IMG/VR virus record: IMGVR_UViG_3300045988_056832
Length of the DNA stretch: 40,401 nt
Source: a virus
Strand: one strand, 5' to 3'
The notes below the pieces were generated by a model. That model was given only the letters and a program-made list of their open reading frames with translations. It made no database searches and was not told where the DNA came from. How positions within the stretch are numbered: the first letter of the stretch is position 1; each line of letters starts with the position of its first letter. Shown here piece by piece: positions 27,273 through 33,553 of this stretch. The translations under genes and the position numbers were made by a program.

Positions 27273-28343
27273 GAAAATTTTAGCAATGCGTTCCACGATG
27301 TCATCTTCCATTTTAGGAGTGACGTGTGAATAGGTATCCATTGTTTCTTGAAACGAAGCATGGCCTAGGCGCTCTTGTATGGCTTTCATATTTGCCCCAT
27401 TTTCAATGAGAAGTGTGGCGTGGGTATGTCTTGTACCGTGCATAGTAAAAGTTGGCTTACCGATTAAATTGGCGTATTTCTTACATAACTTACTGACTTC
27501 ATCAGGGCAGCGAGGTGCACCTTTAATGCCAGGGAATACTAGATTATTATTAATCCAGTTCATTGTCTTAATTCTGCGTTTATCTATGACTGTTTTATGT
27601 TTTGCAAGTTCCTGAAGAGTTTCCGTATCAATGGCTATTATTCGTTTGGATGATGTAGTTTTAGTTGTATTTGATATAACTGCAGTTGATCCGATTTTGA
27701 GTGCTGTTTGTGAAATGGATATGGTCGATTTCTTAAAGTCGATATCAGACCATCTTAGGCCTAGCAATTCAGATCGCCGCATGCCGGTTGCAAATGCTAA
27801 TTTAAATAATGCATGGTGTTCGGAATTTGATATATTTGATAGGAAATTTTTAACTTCATCTGCAGACAACGTTACCATATGGCGTACTTTAACCTGTTTT
27901 GGCCTATCAAGGTTACGCATATAATTTTTTGGGATGATATCATCTTTTACTGCTTGTTCTAATATCGAGCTCAGTATCGTCATGGTGTATGATATAGTTC
28001 GAGAGGATAAACCATCCATAGATTCAAATACATATCTTAGTGTGTTTGGCTTGATTTCAGCCAACTTTACACCGCCGATCTTATCTCGAATATAGCGATT
28101 TATGATGCCTGTATAACTTTGATAGGTAGCTGGTGTTATGCTCTTTTCTTTTAGTTGCAACCAAATATTAATCCAGGTATTTAATGAGATGGTAGCATCG
28201 AAATTGGCGCACGATTGGTTAGCGTTTATATATTTCTCCATCGCTTCCGTAGCAGCTTTCTTTGTGCTGCCATAAAAGTATTTTCGCTTGCCATTTATCA
28301 CCTTTGACACTTGGTAGCGGCCATCGGGTCGTTTTTTAGCCAT
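27270..28343 (-). CDS. int: Phage integrase (tyrosine recombinase with an N-terminal arm-binding domain)
   Basis: MAKKRPDGRYQVSKVINGKRKYFYG arm domain, GMRRSELLGL, HGTRHTHATLL, LGHASFQETMDTYSH. The start is set at the ATG downstream of the terminator hairpin. Confidence 0.9.
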   Translation of the reverse strand: MAKKRPDGRYQVSKVINGKRKYFYGSTKKAATEAMEKYINANQSCANFDATISLNTWINIWLQLKEKSITPATYQSYTGIINRYIRDKIGGVKLAEIKPNTLRYVFESMDGLSSRTISYTMTILSSILEQAVKDDIIPKNYMRNLDRPKQVKVRHMVTLSADEVKNFLSNISNSEHHALFKLAFATGMRRSELLGLRWSDIDFKKSTISISQTALKIGSTAVISNTTKTTSSKRIIAIDTETLQELAKHKTVIDKRRIKTMNWINNNLVFPGIKGAPRCPDEVSKLCKKYANLIGKPTFTMHGTRHTHATLLIENGANMKAIQERLGHASFQETMDTYSHVTPKMEDDIVERIAKIF

Positions 28344-28370
28344 ATTTTTAATCCTTATAATAATTAATAA

Positions 28371-28411
28371 AAAGATGAGGCCTTGTTCCATAAGAACAAG
28401 GCCTCATCTTT
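28371..28411 (-). terminator. Strong intrinsic terminator between the MazF-fold gene and int
   Basis: 18-bp perfect stem AAAGATGAGGCCTTGTTC / GAACAAGGCCTCATCTTT with a 5-nt loop. T-rich on the minus strand. Confidence 0.75.
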
Positions 28412-28522
28412 AGTTGCGGCTAAACCGCTTATAATGATTTTAGTTTAGGGCTAAACCCCTTTGTTCTTATATTATAGAATAGATGTAAAAAAAAATCAAC
28501 AGTTTTAAACTTTATTATAGGT

Positions 28523-29266
28523 TTACTTTATATCGTATAACTCTTTTATAACTGCTCGAATTTTATCAGTCACATGTTTATCTACTCGCATATTATAAAG
28601 TGCATCTTTATGATATCTAGGACTTTGTATGCGTATTTTACTTATAGTCCTTATTTGAGAAACAATGGCAACGGTGCCTGCATTTAACCGCGACACTTCT
28701 TTCATGATTATATCGTGCTTAGCAAGTAGGTCTTTGGCTTCAGCTAACTGTTTTTCAAAGCGTTTAACATCATTAGCCGTTAACGTCTTTTTGTCAGTAT
28801 TTTCGAATTCCTTTACATACTCTTCGCATTTGTCTAACATCTTTCCGGATCTATCCAGTAGAACTGTAAATAATTCTGTTCCCAAATAAACATCTGTTTT
28901 ATATAGTGTTTTTGGACTCTCTTTGCTTAACTTCAAAGACCTCAGAGGGACAACTGTGACTGTGCTGCTTTTAGAATTACTAGGTGCAAGTACTATCGCA
29001 TAATGAAGGCCCCCGAACTCAGATCCTATCCCAAAGCCCAAGTCTACTTTAACTATATCTCCAGGTTTAAATTGAGGAAAATACTTTGGATCAAAAGTTT
29101 CTTCTTGTTTTATATATCTTAAATAATTACGCAGCCAATAATAGAGCAGGGCAGCCTTGTGTTGATCTGAACCTAGTATATTTTTTAAAAACGCACTTAT
29201 GTTACTCGCAAGTTCCGTTATTTTCGACAATAAAGCCCCTTTGTTTTCCGGCTTTTTTAAATCCAT
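28523..29266 (-). CDS. MazF/PemK-fold protein with an N-terminal helical extension and a large internal coiled-coil insertion
   Basis: PGDIVKVDLGFGIGSEFGGLHYAIVLA, VTVVPLRS, GTVAIVSQIRTISKIRI. Start at MDLKKPENKG, with RBS AAGGAG 7 nt upstream. Confidence 0.7.
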   Translation of the reverse strand: MDLKKPENKGALLSKITELASNISAFLKNILGSDQHKAALLYYWLRNYLRYIKQEETFDPKYFPQFKPGDIVKVDLGFGIGSEFGGLHYAIVLAPSNSKSSTVTVVPLRSLKLSKESPKTLYKTDVYLGTELFTVLLDRSGKMLDKCEEYVKEFENTDKKTLTANDVKRFEKQLAEAKDLLAKHDIIMKEVSRLNAGTVAIVSQIRTISKIRIQSPRYHKDALYNMRVDKHVTDKIRAVIKELYDIK

Positions 29267-29342
29267 ACAAAAACTCCTTGTTGTACATTTTATATTTTCC
29301 TTTATTATAAAGCCCTTTGCCTCGTAGCAGGACAGGGGATTT

Positions 29343-29912
29343 TTATATCCCGAAAATCCCTCTAATGATGCTACGACTACGTTCGTGTTTAGCTTTACGC
29401 TCAGCTTCTTTTTGTTGTGCAATTCTTGCTTCCTGTTGTTCTTTTGCTAGTTGCTCTTTTTCTTCAGCACGTGCTTGTGCCTCTGCAGCTTGTTGCTTTT
29501 TGTAGTCTGCTAATTTAACGTCACGGCCGACTAGTCCCTTTACAGATGCAATAAGCGCTTCATCACCCATTCCTGGGGCAGCGACATGGTTTTGGCCGTT
29601 AAAATTATAGTTACTAATTATGGAATCAGATCCGCTTCGATATATGTTTCTATCAAATAAATCAACGGAATTATCAGAGAAATGAATTCTATAAGATAAA
29701 AGTTCTTGTGTTCCTAAAGTTCGTACCCATACGGCCCAAGCCCTAGCTGTGTCGGTAGAAGGGTCGTAGGACAATGTGTTTAAATCGACTTTCCCTGTGT
29801 AATCAGAATTTGAATAAAACCATTGCCAACGTGCGTCATTGAATTCTTTAGCACTAACCATCATTGTTACGCATAGTACAAATATTGTTGCTAATACTAA
29901 CCCTTTTTTCAT
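29343..29912 (-). CDS. Secreted or membrane-associated protein with a charged C-terminal coiled coil
   Basis: Signal peptide MKKGLVLATIFVLCVTMMVSA. C-terminal KKQQAAEAQARAEEKEQLAKEQQEARIAQQKEAERKAKHE. Confidence 0.65.
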   Translation of the reverse strand: MKKGLVLATIFVLCVTMMVSAKEFNDARWQWFYSNSDYTGKVDLNTLSYDPSTDTARAWAVWVRTLGTQELLSYRIHFSDNSVDLFDRNIYRSGSDSIISNYNFNGQNHVAAPGMGDEALIASVKGLVGRDVKLADYKKQQAAEAQARAEEKEQLAKEQQEARIAQQKEAERKAKHERSRSIIRGIFGI

Positions 29913-29929
29913 ATTGTCATCTCCCTGTG

Positions 29930-30196
29930 TTAAATTATGTGGTGATAGAAATCGATTCCGTTAAGGTCCCCATCTTCAATTTGAGACATCCTTACCATAC
30001 GTTCGACTAAGTTAACGTGATGTTCCACATAAAAGTCATCACGAATAATATGAATTAATTCATGCTTAATTTCTTCCCTCATGCGATCATGGGGAAGATT
30101 TTTATTTATGTAGATATTATGGGTATCCACATCTTCACATTCCTCTGACACAGCGTTGGCATGTGGTAAGTCACAGTAAATTACATTAACTACCAA
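29930..30196 (-). CDS. Mini ImmA/IrrE-like metallopeptidase (88 aa)
   Basis: HELIHI (HExxH). Immediately downstream of the XRE repressor in the same operon. Confidence 0.5.
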   Translation of the reverse strand: MVVNVIYCDLPHANAVSEECEDVDTHNIYINKNLPHDRMREEIKHELIHIIRDDFYVEHHVNLVERMVRMSQIEDGDLNGIDFYHHII

Positions 30197-30217
30197 ATTA
30201 ACACTCTCCCTTATATA

Positions 30218-30604
30218 CTATTTATTTTTTAATTTTAATAGTTCTATATATTCAACTGCTTTCTCCATATCCTCCTTACTAATATCTTTTGCCGCAGAGA
30301 ATAGCATACGAGCACCTGGGCGTGTGCGCAAGTACTCAGCGAATTCAGCTGCTTCTTTATCTAGGTAATATTCCTCTTCGGTTTTATCTTGCCTTTCTAC
30401 TAATTCTGATTTTGGCACGTGAAAATAGTTTGCCATCATTTCAATTTTATCTATTCTTGGATATGTATTGCCTTTCAACCAATCTGTTAAAGTAGTGTAT
30501 TTAAACCCTAAATCAGCACATAGTTTATTTCTGTCTATTCCTCGGCTATCCATTAGCCTTTGGAGATTTTGCGCCATAATTTCCTTATTGCCTAAATCAC
30601 TCAT
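30218..30604 (-). CDS. XRE-family HTH repressor (CI-like)
   Basis: IMAQNLQRLMDSRGIDRNKLCADLGFKYTTLTDWLKGNTYPRIDKIEMMANYF. Divergent from the cro-like gene. Confidence 0.8.
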   Translation of the reverse strand: MSDLGNKEIMAQNLQRLMDSRGIDRNKLCADLGFKYTTLTDWLKGNTYPRIDKIEMMANYFHVPKSELVERQDKTEEEYYLDKEAAEFAEYLRTRPGARMLFSAAKDISKEDMEKAVEYIELLKLKNK

Positions 30605-30646
30605 CTCAAATTTCCTCTCTATAATAAATTCATAATAATTAATAAC

Positions 30647-30675
30647 ATAATACGATATTTCCGTAATAAATTCAA
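30647..30675 (-). promoter_or_regulatory. Leftward (repressor) promoter TTGAAT-17 nt-TATTAT
   Basis: On the + strand, attcaa at 30670..30675 and ataata at 30647..30652. The spacer contains ATTACGGAAAT. Confidence 0.4.
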
Positions 30676-30737
30676 TATTTAAACTAAAATTTTACGATAA
30701 TTTACGGAAATTTAATAGACATTACGGTAAAACCGTA
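30657..30737. promoter_or_regulatory. Operator cluster built on TTACGG motifs
   Basis: ATTTCCGTAAT at 30657..30667, TTACGATAAT at 30692..30701, TTACGGAAAT at 30702..30711, and the palindrome at 30723..30737. Confidence 0.55.
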
Positions 30738-30744
30738 GTATACT
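30716..30744 (+). promoter_or_regulatory. Rightward early promoter TAGACA-17 nt-TATACT with an operator palindrome in the spacer
   Basis: -35 at 30716..30721, -10 at 30739..30744. TACGGTAAAACCGTA at 30723..30737. Confidence 0.55.
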
Positions 30745-30788
30745 CTAGTCATGATAATAAGTGACGTTAATAAGAAAGGAGGTAATTT

Positions 30789-30977
30789 ATGAAGTATACA
30801 CTTAGAATGCTCCGCGCATCCAAGTCTTGGACACAAGCTCAAGCCGCAAAAGAAATTGGCGTATCTACTGAGACTTGGGGGAATTGGGAGCGTAAGCGAT
30901 CTTATCCGGATGTACCAAACATATCTAAGATAGAACGGGTATTCAATGTCGCTTATGATGATATTATTTTTTTATAG
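30789..30977 (+). CDS. Cro-like XRE HTH protein
   Basis: LRMLRASKSWTQAQAAKEIGVSTETWGNWERKRSYPD. RBS AAGGAGG. Confidence 0.8.
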   Translation: MKYTLRMLRASKSWTQAQAAKEIGVSTETWGNWERKRSYPDVPNISKIERVFNVAYDDIIFL

Positions 30978-30982
30978 TGAGT

Positions 30983-30997
30983 TACGGTTTTACCGTA
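30983..30997. promoter_or_regulatory. Distal copy of the operator palindrome (TACGGTTTTACCGTA)
   Basis: Exact reverse complement of 30723..30737. It lies just after the cro-like stop codon. Confidence 0.5.
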
Positions 30998-31021
30998 AAT
31001 AATTTGAAGAAAGGAGAAAAT

Positions 31022-31198
31022 ATGAAAATCACAATTGATATCACCGCGGAAGAGGTACTGAAGATTAAAAGCATTCAATCCGCAGAAAACGCACAACAAT
31101 CTATCCTAGATATTCTAGGGAAAGATTTACATCAAACTATTCGTAGTCCATTTAAAGTTGATATTTGTAAGTTATCTGCCAAGGATCCACGCATTTAG
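31022..31198 (+). CDS. Hypothetical protein (58 aa)
   Basis: ATG preceded by AAGGAGAA. Confidence 0.45.
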   Translation: MKITIDITAEEVLKIKSIQSAENAQQSILDILGKDLHQTIRSPFKVDICKLSAKDPRI

Positions 31199-31215
31199 TA
31201 GTGTAAGAAAGGGAA

Positions 31216-31467
31216 ATGATGTTAGTACAAAACCAAAATGATTTGGAATTAGCGAATAAGATGTATCGTGAAACTCCAACTACATTCGGCTGCGCTGGGC
31301 ATAATGCTGAATACGCAAAAGTAAAGCGTAAAGAGGTTAGTAAATACTTTGCTAATCGCCATGTAAATAAGCTGTATAGGAAATCTATTTACGGCAAAAT
31401 TAAAGAATGTAGGCGCGCTGATAGATTAGCAGCGATAGAAGCTAGGACACCAATATGGAATCCATAA
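31216..31467 (+). CDS. Hypothetical basic protein
   Basis: 83-aa ORF in the early operon. Confidence 0.5.
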   Translation: MMLVQNQNDLELANKMYRETPTTFGCAGHNAEYAKVKRKEVSKYFANRHVNKLYRKSIYGKIKECRRADRLAAIEARTPIWNP

Positions 31468-31488
31468 GTGCTTAAGACTGGAGGAACA

Positions 31489-31689
31489 ATGGATAGGAAC
31501 AAATTATGCCTCACTGTCGAAGAGGCCGCTGAGCTCGCTAGTGTGTCAGATGATGTTATTCGGCAGTGGGCAAAAGACTTCGATTTTCCATCGATGAAGA
31601 TCGGGGCCAGAGGCGGTAAACGGTTAATTCATCTTGATTCGTTCAATGAATGGTTGGCTAAACGATGCCAAGCAAGAATAGGAGAGTAA
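31489..31689 (+). CDS. Excisionase-type (MerR-like) HTH DNA-binding protein
   Basis: LTVEEAAELASVSDDVIRQWAKDFDFPSMKIG...RLIHLDSFNEWL. Confidence 0.55.
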   Translation: MDRNKLCLTVEEAAELASVSDDVIRQWAKDFDFPSMKIGARGGKRLIHLDSFNEWLAKRCQARIGE

Positions 31690-31691
31690 AA

Positions 31692-31868
31692 ATGAAAACA
31701 TTAGCGTTGATCATGTTGCTTGCATGCTTCGGAATTTTAGAGGGTTCAGATGTACAAGGGTACGAACTGCATTCATCGACAGTATTGTTATTAATTGCAT
31801 GTACTGTATCGGCTGTGGTTATGCTGTACAAATCATTTAAGGAGGATGAGCATTATGGAAGATATTGA
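31692..31868 (+). CDS. Small membrane protein (58 aa)
   Basis: RBS GGAGAG. Two hydrophobic segments. Confidence 0.5.
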   Translation: MKTLALIMLLACFGILEGSDVQGYELHSSTVLLLIACTVSAVVMLYKSFKEDEHYGRY

Positions 31869-31953
31869 TGTAATCGGAGCGTTATTTATTTTAGTATTAA
31901 CGGCTGCCAGTATTATGTTCTACGGTTGGTTGATTTGGGTGCTGATGCAATGA
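31855..31953 (+). CDS. 32-aa hydrophobic peptide
   Basis: RBS AAGGAGGA 8 nt upstream. MEDIDVIGALFILVLTAASIMFYGWLIWVLMQ. ATGA coupling to the next ORF. Confidence 0.4.
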   Translation: MEDIDVIGALFILVLTAASIMFYGWLIWVLMQ

Positions 31954-32120
31954 GAGCTCCAATTCGAATATGCACAAAATGCGGTGTTAGGTTAATTCCA
32001 CACACTCATAACTACATTTATGACGAGATTAATCGAAAGGCAATTAGAGTATGTAAGCATTGCCACGATGAACATGTTCGCCGTAAAAGTAAAAATGCCC
32101 TCACGCACGGCAATGCGTAA
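31950..32120 (+). CDS. Small zinc-finger protein
   Basis: CTKCG...CKHCH. Confidence 0.5.
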   Translation: MRAPIRICTKCGVRLIPHTHNYIYDEINRKAIRVCKHCHDEHVRRKSKNALTHGNA

Positions 32121-32174
32121 AGGGCAAAGATAAAAAAAATATCCTATGTAAATTATACCAGATAAGGAGATAAA

Positions 32175-32564
32175 ATGCCTGAAATAAAAGCAATAAAACA
32201 TAAAGCCACTATAAATGCATTTGACTTTAATTTCTTTGCAGATAACAGGGGCAAACACGAACCATTACAAAAGGTAGCTATAGTTACTACAAATAGCTAT
32301 ATCAAGCTTTCAATGCCGGCTTACAGAAAATTAAAAGGCCCGGAATATTTCAAAGTTGGTATAGATATTAATAATAAAGTCATTTGTGTGGCGCCTGCGC
32401 TTGCAACAGAGCCATATGTAATTAAACCAACAGCAGTACAAATCGAAAGAAATACTATTTATATATCCAAAAGTCGTAGCGTAATTCAAAAACTTCAACA
32501 AATTGGAATCCCTAAAATCGTGGAAGGGAAATTAGTTGATGATGAATTACTGTTTAAATTCTAA
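32175..32564 (+). CDS. Hypothetical protein
   Basis: 129-aa ORF. RBS AAGGAG. Confidence 0.5.
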   Translation: MPEIKAIKHKATINAFDFNFFADNRGKHEPLQKVAIVTTNSYIKLSMPAYRKLKGPEYFKVGIDINNKVICVAPALATEPYVIKPTAVQIERNTIYISKSRSVIQKLQQIGIPKIVEGKLVDDELLFKF

Positions 32565-32577
32565 AGGAGAAACTATC

Positions 32578-33165
32578 ATGGAAAACCAAAATATCTTAAC
32601 AATTAAATTCAATGATACCGAAGATCTTGCACTTAAAATCGCAGAATGGAATGAAATTTTAAACCATCAATGCTGTGGTAATTGTCATGACAGTAAAATT
32701 CCTGCTGAGACTATTGATGTAGAGGCTGTAGCATCTAAGGTCGCGCCTGAAGTGGTGAAGGTTGAAAAAGCTGAAGTGAAAGAAGAAAAAGCATCAACTA
32801 AAACTGTTAAGGCAGAACAAAAACAAGACGTGCCAGTGACAGACTTCGAAGGCAAACCAACAAAACCTAAAAATGAAGAAAAGGTTGAACCAGTAGCAGA
32901 ACCTGAACCTGCTAAAGCGACAAAAATTAAAGAGGCTGATACAGCAGAAACTCCTCAACAAGAGACAGAATTAGACGTTTCCGCTGAGCCTGTAGATAAA
33001 AAAGCTTTTTACAAGGAATTCCGTGCATGGATGGGTGAGGATGGGGTAAAAGCAAAAAAAGCACTTGCAATTTTTAGCAAGCACGGCGTCACTCGTCCGT
33101 CTAGCGACTCTTTAACGGATGATCTTATCACCGATTTAAAATCTATCATGGCAGAGGAGGCTTAA
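32578..33165 (+). CDS. Hypothetical acidic K/E/P-rich protein
   Basis: ATG preceded by AAGGAGAA. CCGNCH motif followed by a low-complexity E/K/P region. Confidence 0.5.
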   Translation: MENQNILTIKFNDTEDLALKIAEWNEILNHQCCGNCHDSKIPAETIDVEAVASKVAPEVVKVEKAEVKEEKASTKTVKAEQKQDVPVTDFEGKPTKPKNEEKVEPVAEPEPAKATKIKEADTAETPQQETELDVSAEPVDKKAFYKEFRAWMGEDGVKAKKALAIFSKHGVTRPSSDSLTDDLITDLKSIMAEEA

Positions 33166-33167
33166 AT

Positions 33168-33539
33168 ATGGCTAAACAACAATTTAAAAGCCAAGCAGAC
33201 ATATGTAAAAAGTCGCTAGACATATTACATAAAGCAATTGAAATGGACCCTGGTAACGCTGAAGAATACCAAGCTGGTATCGCATACACAGAAGGAGTTA
33301 TGAAAGCGTCCAATGCGATTGTAAAAGCCTTTGATGTGGTCGAGCCTCCTAAGTCAGCTGCTCCTAAGGATAAAACGGAAGATGCTGCAAAGGAAGAAAA
33401 GCCAAAGCGTACACGTAAGACTAAAACAGCTAAAGAACCTGCACCAGTTGATAGCAAGCCAAATGCAGATGAAACGCAACCAACGGTTGCGCCTAGTATA
33501 GAAGAAAATTCGAACATCTTTGCCATGTTCGATGATTAA
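33168..33539 (+). CDS. Hypothetical K/E/P-rich protein ending in NIFAMFDD
   Basis: 123-aa ORF. RBS GGAGG. Confidence 0.5.
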   Translation: MAKQQFKSQADICKKSLDILHKAIEMDPGNAEEYQAGIAYTEGVMKASNAIVKAFDVVEPPKSAAPKDKTEDAAKEEKPKRTRKTKTAKEPAPVDSKPNADETQPTVAPSIEENSNIFAMFDD

Positions 33540-33553
33540 GGCGGTGGTGTTCT

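Noticed and set aside
28344-28391. N-terminal extension of the integrase ORF (MEQGLIFLLIIIRIKN)
   Set aside because: The extension is translated through the terminator hairpin at 28371..28411. The conserved arm-domain start MAKKRPDGRY begins at 28343.
29267-29422. N-terminal extension of the MazF-fold ORF back to 29422
   Set aside because: It would overlap the upstream gene by 80 nt. The internal ATG at 29266 has a perfect AAGGAG RBS at 7-nt spacing.
29317-29505. 62-aa Cys/Ser/Ala-rich + strand ORF
   Set aside because: It is antisense to the charged coiled-coil tail of the secreted protein gene. This is a compositional artefact.
33146-33526. 126-aa minus-strand ORF
   Set aside because: It mirrors the K/E/P-rich gene at 33168..33539. 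The low-complexity sequence keeps the antisense frame open.
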